Shown here: positions 50,201 through 60,865 of the stretch, one piece after another
Layout of the letters: each line of letters starts with the position of its first letter
How positions within the stretch are numbered: position 1 is the first letter of the stretch
Source of the DNA: Nemertoderma westbladi
Taxonomy: Eukaryota > Animalia > Xenacoelomorpha
Assembly: GCA_032718475.1 (NCBI GenBank)
Contig: JAUCBJ010006774.1
Location: 62,001-126,000, forward strand
Direction: 5' to 3'
DNA: 64,000 nucleotides
The notes under the pieces: generated by a model
Database searches by the model: none
What the model was told of the DNA's origin: nothing
Seen by the model: the letters and a program-made list of their open reading frames with translations, nothing else
Translations under genes and position numbers: made by a program

Positions 50201-52679
50201 TGCTCCTATCTGCTACCGGAATGTATGTGTGGGCGCTGCTCCTATCTGCTACCGGAATGTATGTGTGGGCGCTGCTCCTATCTGCTACCGAAATGTATGT
50301 GTGGGCGCTGCTCCTATCTGCTACCGGAATGTATGTGTGGGCGCTGCTCCTATCTGCTACCGAAATGTATGTGTGGGCGCTGCTCCTATCTGCTACCGGA
50401 ATGTATGTGTGGGCGCTGCTCCTATCTGTAACCGGAATGTATGTGTGGACGCTGCTCCTATCTGCTACCGGAATGTATGTGTGGGCGCTGCTCCTATCTG
50501 CTACCGGAATGTATGTGTGGGCGCTGCTCCTATCTGTAACCGGAATGTATGTGTGGACGCTGCTCCTATCTGCTACCGGAATGTATGTGTGGGCGCTGCT
50601 CCTATCTGTAACCGGAATGTATGTGTGGACGCTGCTCCTATCTGCTACCGGAATGTATGTGTGGGCGCTGCTCCTATCTGCTACCGGAATGTATGTGTGG
50701 GCGCTGCTCCTATCTGCTACCGGAATGTATGTGTGGGCGCTGCTCCTATCTGTAACCGGAATGTATGTGTGGACGCTGCTCCTATCTGCTACCGGAATGT
50801 ATGTGTGGGCGCTGCTCCTATCTGTAACCGGAATGTATGTGTGGACGCTGCTCCTATCTGCTACCGGAATGTATGTGTGGGCGCTGCTCCTATCTGCTAC
50901 CGGAATGTATGTGTGGGCGCTGCTCCTATCTGTAACCGGAATGTATGTGTGGACGCTGCTCCTATCTGCTACCGGAATGTATGTGTGGGCGCTGCTCCTA
51001 TCTGCTACCGGAATGTATGTGTGGGCGCTGCTCCTATCTGCTACCGGAATGTATGTGTGGGCGCTGCTCCTATCTGCTACCGAAATGTATGTGTGGGCGC
51101 TGCTCCTATCTGCTACCGGAATGTATGTGTGGGCGCTGCTCCTATCTGCTACCGAAATGTATGTGTGGGCGCTGCTCCTATCTGCTACCGGAATGTATGT
51201 GTGGGCGCTGCTCCTATCTGCTACCAGAATGTATGTGTGGACGCTGCTCCTATCTGTAACCGGAATGTATGTGTGGACGCTGCTCCTATCTGCTACCGGG
51301 AATGTATGTGTGGGCACTGCTCCTATCTGCTACCGGAGTGTATGTGTGGGCGCTGCTCCTATCTGCTACCAGAATGTATGTGTGGGCGTTGCTCCTATCT
51401 GCTACCAGAATGTATGTGTGGGCACTGTTCCTATCTGCTACCAGAATGTATGTGTGGGCGCTGCTCCTATCTGCAACCGGAATGTATGTGTGGGCGCTGC
51501 TCCTATCTGCTACCAGAATGTATGTGTGGGTGCTGCTCCTATCTGTTACCAGAATGTATGTGTGGGCGCTGCTCCTATCTGCTACCGGAATGTATGTGTG
51601 GGCGCTGCTCCTATCTGCTACCGAAATGTATGTGTGGGCGCTGCTCCTATCTGCTACCGGAATGTATGTGTGGGCGCTGCTCCTATCTGTTACCAGAATG
51701 TATGTGTGGGCGCTGCTCCTATCTGCTACCAGAATGTATGTGTGGGCGCTGCTCCTATCTGCTACCGAAATGTATGTGTGGGCGCTGCTCCTATCTGCTA
51801 CCGGAATGTATGTGTGGGCGCTGCTCCTATCTGCTACCAGAATGTATGTGTGGGCGCTGCTCCTATCTGCTACCGGAATGTATGTGTGGGCGCTGCTCCT
51901 ATCTGCTACCGGAGTGTATGTGTGGGCGCTGCTCCTATCTGTAACCGGCATGTATGTGTCGGCGCTGCTCCTATCTGTTACCGGAATGTTTGTGTGGGCG
52001 CTGCCCCTATCTGCTACCGGAGTGTATGTGTGGGCGCTGCTCCTATCTGCTACCGGAATGTATGTGTGGGCGCTGCTCCTATCTGCTACCGAAATGTATG
52101 TGTGGGCGCTGCTCCTATCTGCTACCGGAATGTATGTGTGGGTGCTGCTCCTATCTGCTACCGGAATGTATGTGTGGGCGCTGTTCCTATCTGCTACCAG
52201 AATGTATGTGTGGGCGCTGCTCCTATCTGTTACCGGAATGTTTGTGTGGGCACTGCCCCTATCTGCTACCGGAGTGTATGTGTGGGCGCTGCTCCTATCT
52301 GCTACCAGAATGTATGTGTGGGCGCTGCTCCTATCTGCTACCGGAATGTATGTGTGGGTGCTGCTCCTATCTGGTACCGGAATGTATGTATGGGCACTGC
52401 TCCTATCTGTTACCAGAATATATGTGTGGGCGCTGCTCCTATCTGTAACCGGAATGTATGTGTGGGCGCTACTCCTATCTGTTACCATAATGTATGTGTG
52501 GGCGCTGCTCCTATCTGTTACCGGAATGTATGTGTGGGCACTGCTCCTATCTACTATCGGAGTGTATGTGTGGGCGCTGCTCCTATCTGCTACCGGAGTG
52601 TATGTGTGGGTGCTGCTCATGTCTGCTACCAGAATGTATGTGTGGGTGCTGCTCCTGTCTGCTACCGGAATGTATGTGT
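41257..52679. repeat. 36-bp minisatellite, roughly 310 copies, with 37- and 40-bp variants
   Basis: Unit AATGTATGTGTGGGCGCTGCTCCTATCTGCTACCGG; +TACC and +G variants; diagnostic SNP variants recur in blocks. Confidence 0.98.
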
Positions 52680-52776
52680 CGATTTTGTTGATGGAGGTCA
52701 AACATGCCAATTCTTCCAACACGTGGGGACATTTGGCAGAGAGGACAGGGATATTTGGCATCCTTCTTTAAACGCC
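52583..52776 (-). CDS. Possible terminal coding exon of an unidentified minus-strand gene
   Basis: After AG dinucleotides at ~52777-52783 the frame reads GRLKKDAKYPCPLCQMSPRVGRIGMFDLHQQNRHIHSGSRQEQHPHIHSGSRHEQHPHIHSGSR*. The acceptor is weak and upstream exons were not found. Confidence 0.3.
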
Positions 52777-53550
52777 CTGTTCTATATACATTTACAGACT
52801 AATTTGCATATTTATTATTACTAATAATATTAATATTATTATTACATATTTATCCTATATCGTATAGTAACTATCAGCTGACAAGCTCTATTTACATTAT
52901 GTTAATATTCTCTAAGTTTAACTTCAAGATTTACTCTTTGCGTAATTCGGAATTCCCTGGGCCATTGATGGTTCCTTTCCGTTGTTGTTTGCTGGAGGGT
53001 AGGGGTAGTATGTGGGGAGTGTTCAAGGGGTGGTATATGGGAAGTGGTCATATGTTCAATTGGATTCTTATTAAATTCGTAGCATAGAATAAAAAATTTA
53101 GGACGGGGGGGTGGGGGGGGGGGTGGGGGTGTTCACCTAGATTCTCATTAAATTCGTAGCATAGAATAACGAATTTAGTATGGATTAGACTAAAAAAGTT
53201 GAGGCTAATGCAAAATAACTAAAATGTTTACAATAATGATAATAATATTCAAGTAGAACTATAGCAATTAAACAATGCAGTGCAATACTGTAATAAGAGA
53301 CTCATTGAAATATAAAAAAATTCAGTGCACTAATAAGAGACTCATTGAAACCTTATCCCACCCAACCTGGTACTCCGGTACCGGTAGCTGTAGGCCTACC
53401 AGTTTGACACTTTGAGAAATTTTTTAGGCAGTTTGAAGTTAGGTTTTACAGCAATAATTCGTTTGAGGGAGTATTTAAGTACAAGTAGTCTAGGCAAGAG
53501 TGGTGACCCCAAATGAGGCTCTTATATCAAAGTAATTTTTAGAAAACCGA

Positions 53551-54133
53551 ATACCTTCGAATACGTAAGGGAAAGGCATGGGCAGCCTTGAATAGGCTTT
53601 CCAGGATTTGGAAGTCACCAAGAATTAATCGAAACTTAAGGTCCGGTTATTTAGAGCAGCAGTAGTTCCAGTACTCCTCTATGGGAGTCCATGCTGGGCT
53701 CTAACTGCTGAGGACACCAAATCTCTGGACGGCACATTCACAAGAATGCTACGCCGGGTTCATTGTGTCAAGTTCAATGCACACATCTCCAACCAGACAC
53801 TATATAACATTGGAGATGTCTCATTGGTTCCCCCAAGCTTGACACTAGAACAAAATCGCCTCCGCTTTGCAGGACATTGCTTTCGCCGTGAGGACCAGCC
53901 AGTGCATAATCTTGTACTTTGGCACCCTCATGGAGTGAATAAGCATGGTGGACAGCCCATGACTTTCTTGAGACGCATCTTAAAGGACACTGGCCTTGAA
54001 GATGCGGATGATCTAGCAAATGTCATGGGTGATAGGGAGTTGTGGCGGTGCAATTTTGTCGATAAGCCGGCACAGCATTCTTAAAAATGCAGCTGCAATG
54101 CAGCATGCCGATCCTAGTAGTAGTAGAAGTAGT
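53551..54133 (+). mobile_element. 5'-truncated RTE-clade LINE 3' fragment with (TAG)n tail and TSD
   Basis: RIRKGKAWAAL...VLLYGS..W...LDGTFTRMLRR...RLRFAGHC; (TAG)n tail; direct repeat AGAAAACCGA at 53541-53550 and 54134-54143. Confidence 0.88.
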
Positions 54134-54949
54134 AGAAAACCGAGAAGTCAGAAAATGTTGGTGAGGCCTACTGGTACACCACAATAATAAATCAATAATT
54201 AACCAGTGTAATGATCAAGCTGTCAGCCAATTACTGAACAGCGAACAGTACCTGAAGTAGCTAAATTCAAAAAAACAACTGGTGGTGACTGGTGAGGCAT
54301 TCAGGTTTCTGGGCTACTTCTACTTCAGCACTTAGGCTTAGGGGTACCGGTAACTACTGCAGTACTGAGTACTGCACTGCAGTGAAAAGGCAGTATATCT
54401 AGACACCAATAGGCTACTGGCAGACTATAATGATTACTTTGAAATGCCAAATATCCCTAGCACACAAATGCCAATTGTCCCAACCTGGGGAATTTTAAAA
54501 ATAAATATACAAGATTATTTTAAAGACATATTCTGTCAACTTTAACATAATACCAAATAGCTGACGATCATTTTCATGAGATTTTCATTTTCATTTTCAT
54601 CATTTCCAAAAGTACCAGTGATGGTACTTATGAAAGGGGGTTTCCTGGAATACAAAAAATAAAAAATTATAGTTTTGACCGGAAAATTACAAAATGTTAT
54701 CCAGAGAATCGCCAGTTGCATTAAATTAAATAATTTTTTCAGTTTCCATATTCAGATATAGTATTATAAGTTGAGTAAAAAAGTTGCTTCAATCCACATT
54801 CAGGAAGTCACTCAAAAGGCAGGCATGCCAAATCTCCCCACGTGCCAAATCTCCCTGGTCTCCCCTGGTAATTGACGGGACAAATAATAACTCGAGAAGT
54901 AAAAGAGATCTCGCTAAGCCATTTTTAGCTTGGCAATCCCCATGGTTAT

Positions 54950-55034
54950 GACGGCGCATTTTGTCGACAAGCCGGCACAGCATATATATTTATATAATGC
55001 AGCTGCAATGTAGCATGCCAATAGTAGTAGTAGT
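54950..55034 (+). mobile_element. Short copy of the same RTE 3' end (truncated LINE or partner-SINE tail)
   Basis: TTTTGTCGACAAGCCGGCACAGCA...ATGCAGCTGCAATG..GCATGCC..(TAG)n matches 54053-54126. Confidence 0.75.
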
Positions 55035-55233
55035 AAAACTTTCTTTCAACTCTTTCAACTCTTTCAACTTTCTTTCAATTGAGCTACCCCGTCTACTGCC
55101 ATTAAAAATTGACTAGCTAAGGTATATTTCAAACATCGATTCTCCCCCCTAAATCGACTTCCAAGTTTTATGTTACAACAAATTATTTTGTTTTTAAATT
55201 TTTTTGTTAAAACACATAACATTTCTGTAAAAA

Positions 55234-55350
55234 ATGCTTAAATTGTTGGTATTTGCAACATTTGTTGTAGTTGGATTCAGTTTGCGTTGCAAACGTACAA
55301 TGTCGGATGGAGATATCAAAGATAGAGGAGATCTTTGCGATTTTTGCTGG
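55234..55350 (+). CDS. Exon 1 of a small secreted Ly6/uPAR (three-finger)-like protein
   Basis: AAAATG start; MLKLLVFATFVVVGFS (signal peptide) followed by LRCKRTMSDGDIKDRGDLCDFCW; donor TGG|GTATGT, phase 0. Confidence 0.75.
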
Positions 55351-55629
55351 GTATGTACAGTACCATGTCTTTTGCATGAAACGTTACACATACTGTAGGT
55401 AGATGCCACAACAAAAGAGTGAGCCCAATATACCAAAATAATTTCCTAGTTTAACTTTGATAGGTCGGAATTATTGTTCGGGTCGGAAATCTCCTAGTCT
55501 ATATGTTAAACGAACATGTTAATTTATATTTGGTCAAAATCCCATATTCTGTATATTAAAGCAATAATAATACTTTAGGCACTAAATGTATACATAGAAC
55601 ATAGCACTAAGTTTCCTTCGTACCCATTG

Positions 55630-58600
55630 AGGCAGCGTCTTTAACAAAAAATCATGGAAAAAGCAATCCAGGTTATGCCAAATGGGAGGACTTCATCATC
55701 TACAGGCAGATACAACGGCAGGTCTAATATCACCAGAATCTAGCTCAACTGACATGCACTGTAAAACTGAGCGATTAGATATGTCAACAAATGATGTTAT
55801 CTATAGGAAAGAATATCTTGCAACAAAGGATGCATTGCCATTAACTCAACTTAGAATATCCACATATAACTGCCGCGGGTTCAACGGAAATGCTCCATAC
55901 ATAACTGATCTACTGGAAGATTGTGATGTTTTAGGAATTCAAGAACACTGGTTAGATGCACAGGAATGTGAACTTTTTCTCAGAAATCTGCACATCGAGT
56001 TTGAAGTTGAGTTTACAGTCAGCAAACAAATGTCAAATCCACTCAGAAAAAGAGGAGTTGGTGGAACAGCACTTTTCTACCGCAAAAACATTTTCAATGT
56101 CATAAATAAGTTTGAATCTGGTGGTGATATAACTGGTATTGTGACGAATGTCAAATCTCTCAATGTCAATCCCATTGCCCTAATTGCAGGATATGCTCCA
56201 GACAGTGGTAAGGATGACCAAACATTTAGCTCTTTCCTGGGGAGATTGGAGGCAACTTTGACGCATTTCAGTCATGCAACACCATTCATCATGATTGATG
56301 CTAATGCCGATATTGGCTCCAGTCAAGGACCACGGTGTAACCAACAACAACCAACAAAGCGTGGTAAAATGCTATTAAATTTTCTCACAGATAACAAACT
56401 TACAGCTGTTGATACCCTAGAATTATGCAATGGCCCGTGTCATACATTCCAGGGCCATGGAAATTCTTATATTGACCATGTACTCACAAACCTCAATGGA
56501 CTTCGACTCTGCACAGAAGGTCAGGTGTATGACCATGACGAACTCAGGAATGGATCAGACCACAGCCCAGTATCAATTAAACTATATCCTATTTTAGCTC
56601 CAGCAACCGAACCTAAAGAGGAAGCCATAAGCAACACCACAGTGAGAATGAAATGCACCAAGAAACAACTGTTACTTAATTGGAACAAAACATCGGCTGA
56701 AAATATATCCAAATATAAAATAGAGGTGAACACCAATCTCAAAGCACTCCAGGAAGAGTATGGCAATAACCCTATTACCTGGACAGAAAAAATAATGAAT
56801 GTGTATCTAGAGAAAGTGACACACACCATTCAGCAAGCAGCTTCAAAGTTTATCATGAAAATCACAATCAGAAAGAAAACCAAAAACCTTAGAATAATAA
56901 ACAAGAAGCTCAACTCTCGGAGCAAAACAACAAAAGGTTTATATAAACAATGGTGCAGTAATGGAAAGTCACCTTATGACCCACTTGGGGAGGCCTTTAA
57001 AGAGTCCAAAAAGAATAGCCGTAGACTCAGAAACTGGTTGGCAAACAAGCTGACAGCGGATCAGGTATTGAGGGCAACAAGCAACAAGAACACATCACCA
57101 AAAGACTATTGGAAATTCTTCAGCACTAAAAAGAATAGTCCGAAAGCAGCAGATCCAACAACTGAGGAAAGGATAAAATCATATTTCTCAAAAAAATTTC
57201 GATGTGAAAATGATAACACAAATACTCAAGACCTTCTCACTCTCAACAAAGACCTAGATGATGAATGTGATGGCTCTTGTACCCCGGTGATCTCAGAATT
57301 GTGGGTAAAATGCGCGATCTTTTCTCTGAATCGAGGGAAGGCACCAGATTTTGACACATTGACTGTCGAACACCTTTTAAATCTTGATCCAATAGTAATT
57401 TCGGTATGCTTAAGGAATGTTATTCAAGCTGCCCTCCTGCTAGGAAAAGTTCCCACCTCTTTTGGTAGAACATTATTAAACACCATACACAAAGGCTCAA
57501 GAAAGGATCCTTACTGCCCAAAATCATTCAGGCCTGTGTCAACAATTAGTATCTTTGCCAAAATTATGGAAGCGATAATCTTGAAACACTACCTAACCAA
57601 CATTGCTCCAGCTGAACTCCAAACAGCTTACCGTAAGGGCTTGGGAACAGATATTGTGGTAGCAGCATTGCTTGAGTTAATCCACAACAATGAAAAGCAA
57701 AACCAAGGAACATATGTGTGTCAGATGGACATACAGAGTGCCTTCGATGAGGTGAATCATTGCAAACTTTTCAACAAACTGAGACATAAAATCAACCCAT
57801 ATGTTTGTAGAATGTTGGTGCATTACTACTCAAATAGCTATATGTTCATCAAGTTTGGTCAATGTATTGACACTGATGGGTTCAAGGTAACAATTGGAAT
57901 ACTTCAAGGTTCAATCCTCTCACCACACCTCTTCAACTTCTTCCTAAGAGAAGTCTTCACAGACATGGAGAATATCAAACTTGGGTGCTTCATCAATAAT
58001 CAATGGCTTGGCTGCCTTTCGTATGCAGATGACATACTCCTAATATCTACATTATCCAGTGAAATTGAAATGATGAGTGCACGCCTAAATGAGTCACTCA
58101 GAAAAATTGGACTTGGCATAGCCACTGATAAAACAAAATGGACGTACTGCAAGCCCCCTAGAAGTAACAAGTATATACCATGCTTCCTTAACCTGATGGG
58201 TGATCTTGTTCCCTTTAGTAGGAGCATAACATTTCTCGGCTATAAGGTATTTCATGAGCCCATTACAGCTTACCATGATGTTATCTGCAAAATCACGTTG
58301 CTATCGGAGATTTTCCACAGAAATGGTTGGACATCGCGTAAGCATGAGGTAAAGGACGTTAGAAAAATTTGGAACTCATGCGCATTACCTTCTCTACTCT
58401 ATAATCTTACCTTCCAAATTGGCACACTTACTGATACTCAAGTGAAATCACTCGATGCTTACTACCGAAAACATCTGAGGGGACTACTATGCGTCGGCAA
58501 CTACTTGAGTAACAGCACTGTAATAGGGCTCTTTAACACAGGAAATCTGTCAAACGAAGCTTTCAAGAGTATGCTCAGACTTATCCAGCGAGTGAAGTAC

Positions 58601-59647
58601 TGCCCTAGCCTCACCCTCCAATACTGCCTCCGTATTAACCTTGATAAATCTTGTAATACTTCTAAAGACAATTACCTAGGACTAGGTGGAACTTATAACA
58701 GAGCAAATCAGGAGTACGCAATTCCATCTACCAACTCACTTTTAAATTCAGTGTACAACAAGAAGTCTCTAATGAAATACGTCTGTGAAGGCACAACAAG
58801 TTACATTGAAGATCGACATATTGATTTCATCACATCTGTATTTACCCTCAGAAGAGAACATTTCTCCATTAAAAATCAACGAATCAGGGAATACTTTAAT
58901 GTATAATACCACACCACACACACAGATCATTGGTACTAACACTCGTTATTTTACCTTAATGCTGGATTAGTGACTTCCAAAATTAAAGTTATAAAAATTG
59001 TATTGTGTATATTGAGATGAACCACTTACATCAACCAACATAACGGTTTAGCTGTGCTCTCGTGACTGGGTGACTTAGTCACCAATTTTATATGTGCAGC
59101 TATTAAATACTACCACTATGCTATCAAACCAACTACCGTCGACTGGCTGTCATGCTATTAGTCTTGTTATTAACCATCCAAATCGTAATCCTGCTTGTTT
59201 CCACCCTACCGGTAATTAATTTCCGTATCAATCAAATCATTATTACATTACTATCGCTTCATTTGATGTCTGTGAACCTAACTAATGAACTGCATAATGT
59301 ATAAATATTGTCTCCTTTTGCTTCATAATCAATGTCAATCATAATGTTATTTCAACTATTGTTTCTTATTTAACTTTGCCCAAATCTCATACCAAACCAA
59401 TAATAAACACAATCTACTGATTATGTTATACTTATGCACACTTATTGCACACTTACTATATATATACATATGCCTATGACATCTTATTGTAAATTTTAAT
59501 CTGTGCTGTGTAATTTTTAAATTTTAATTTGTATCTCTGAATGTCTTATACCGATTTTAATGTGTCAATCTTGTGCACTTTTATTATATGTTCTTGTGCA
59601 ATTTTATGTCAATTTTATTTGATTAAAACAATGAAATGAAATGAAAT
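55630..59647 (+). mobile_element. 5'-truncated LINE (ORF1 absent) with (ATGAA)n tail, intronic in the Ly6-like gene; 5' end approximate
   Basis: ORF2, ~720-bp AT-rich 3' UTR, tail ATGAAATGAAATGAAAT at 59631-59647. Confidence 0.85.
55682..58906 (+). CDS. LINE ORF2 (APE + RT), intact, 1074 aa
   Basis: STYNCRGF, IQEHW, SYIDHVL, SDHSPV; FRPVSTI, MDIQSAFDEV, GILQGSILSPHLFNFF, SYADD. Confidence 0.95.
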   Translation: MGGLHHLQADTTAGLISPESSSTDMHCKTERLDMSTNDVIYRKEYLATKDALPLTQLRISTYNCRGFNGNAPYITDLLEDCDVLGIQEHWLDAQECELFLRNLHIEFEVEFTVSKQMSNPLRKRGVGGTALFYRKNIFNVINKFESGGDITGIVTNVKSLNVNPIALIAGYAPDSGKDDQTFSSFLGRLEATLTHFSHATPFIMIDANADIGSSQGPRCNQQQPTKRGKMLLNFLTDNKLTAVDTLELCNGPCHTFQGHGNSYIDHVLTNLNGLRLCTEGQVYDHDELRNGSDHSPVSIKLYPILAPATEPKEEAISNTTVRMKCTKKQLLLNWNKTSAENISKYKIEVNTNLKALQEEYGNNPITWTEKIMNVYLEKVTHTIQQAASKFIMKITIRKKTKNLRIINKKLNSRSKTTKGLYKQWCSNGKSPYDPLGEAFKESKKNSRRLRNWLANKLTADQVLRATSNKNTSPKDYWKFFSTKKNSPKAADPTTEERIKSYFSKKFRCENDNTNTQDLLTLNKDLDDECDGSCTPVISELWVKCAIFSLNRGKAPDFDTLTVEHLLNLDPIVISVCLRNVIQAALLLGKVPTSFGRTLLNTIHKGSRKDPYCPKSFRPVSTISIFAKIMEAIILKHYLTNIAPAELQTAYRKGLGTDIVVAALLELIHNNEKQNQGTYVCQMDIQSAFDEVNHCKLFNKLRHKINPYVCRMLVHYYSNSYMFIKFGQCIDTDGFKVTIGILQGSILSPHLFNFFLREVFTDMENIKLGCFINNQWLGCLSYADDILLISTLSSEIEMMSARLNESLRKIGLGIATDKTKWTYCKPPRSNKYIPCFLNLMGDLVPFSRSITFLGYKVFHEPITAYHDVICKITLLSEIFHRNGWTSRKHEVKDVRKIWNSCALPSLLYNLTFQIGTLTDTQVKSLDAYYRKHLRGLLCVGNYLSNSTVIGLFNTGNLSNEAFKSMLRLIQRVKYCPSLTLQYCLRINLDKSCNTSKDNYLGLGGTYNRANQEYAIPSTNSLLNSVYNKKSLMKYVCEGTTSYIEDRHIDFITSVFTLRREHFSIKNQRIREYFNV

Positions 59648-59654
59648 ATTTCAG

Positions 59655-59816
59655 AGTTTGAAAATAGGAGATAACACAGTATATGACGGCGTAGTGGGAA
59701 TGGCGGGCATCCTGCCAGATTACCGACAATATTGCGACATTGCAGAACCATTGCTTTGTGCGGATCACCCGGATTGCGAATTAATTTGCTGTGACGATAA
59801 AGACATGTGCAACTAA
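59655..59816 (+). CDS. Exon 2 of the Ly6/three-finger-like protein
   Basis: Acceptor TTTCAG|, phase 0; SLKIGDNTVYDGVVGMAGILPDYRQYCDIAEPLLCADHPDCELICCDDKDMCN* ends in the CCxxxDxCN LU-family signature; AATAAA at ~59893. Confidence 0.8.
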   Translation, partial: SLKIGDNTVYDGVVGMAGILPDYRQYCDIAEPLLCADHPDCELICCDDKDMCN

Positions 59817-59914
59817 ATAACTATTATTTTAAATTAATTGTGTTCGCATGAGTACCGGTTCCTCTGTACTTACTTGTGAATGGTGGTGGATTAATAAACA
59901 ATAAGTCTGAATTA

Positions 59915-60865
59915 CTGGGTTTCGGGTATAGTTTGTACTACCCACAACAGCTGGGTTTGGGGTATAGTTTGTACTACCCACAACAGCTGGGTTTGGGGTA
60001 TAGTTTGTACTACCCACAACAGCTGGGTTTGGGGTATAGTTTGTACTACCCACAACAGCTGGGTTTGGGGTATAGTTTGTACTACCCACAACAGCTGGGT
60101 TTGGGGTATAGTTTGTACTACCCACAACAGCTGGGTTTGGGGTATAGTTTGTACTACCCACAACAGCTGGGTTTGGGGTATAGTTTGTACTACCCACAAC
60201 AGCTGGGTTTGGGGTATAGTTTGTACTACCCACAACAGCTGGGTTTGGGGTATAGTTTGTACTACCCACAACAGCTGGGTTTGGGGTATAGTTTGTACTA
60301 CCCACAACAGCTGGGTTTGGGGTATAGTTTGTACTACCCACAACAGCACATCATATTTTAGTCTTTATATTACTGGGTTTGGGGTATAGTTTGTACTACC
60401 CACAACAGCACATCATATTTTAGTCTTTATATTACTGGGTTTGGGGTATAGTTTGTACTACCCACAACAGCACATCATATTTTAGTCTTTATATTACTGG
60501 GTTTGGGGTATAGTTTGTACTACCCACAACAGCACATCATATTTTAGTCTTTATATTACTGGGTTTGGGGTATAGTTTGTACTACCCACAACAGCACATC
60601 ATATTTTAGTCTTTATATTACTGGGTTTGGGGTATAGTTTGTACTACCCACAACAGCACATCATATTTTAGTCTTTATATTACTGGGTTTGGGGTATAGT
60701 TTGTACTACCCACAACAGCACATCATATTTTAGTCTTTATATTACTGGGTTTGGGGTATAGTTTGTACTACCCACAACAGCACATCATATTTTAGTCTTT
60801 ATATTACTGGGTTTGGGGTATAGTTTGTACTACCCACAACAGCACATCATATTTTAGTCTTTATA
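59915..60865. repeat. Compound tandem array: 36-bp unit x~12, then a 62-bp unit x~8-9 that contains the 36-mer
   Basis: CTGGGTTTGGGGTATAGTTTGTACTACCCACAACAG, then the same unit plus CACATCATATTTTAGTCTTTATATTA. Confidence 0.96.

Noticed and set aside
41266-52824. Cys-rich, metallothionein- or keratin-associated-like ORFs (CMCGRCSYLLPE, CVGAAPICYRNV)
   Set aside because: Translations of the 36-bp minisatellite, with frequent frame switches at 37/40-bp units.
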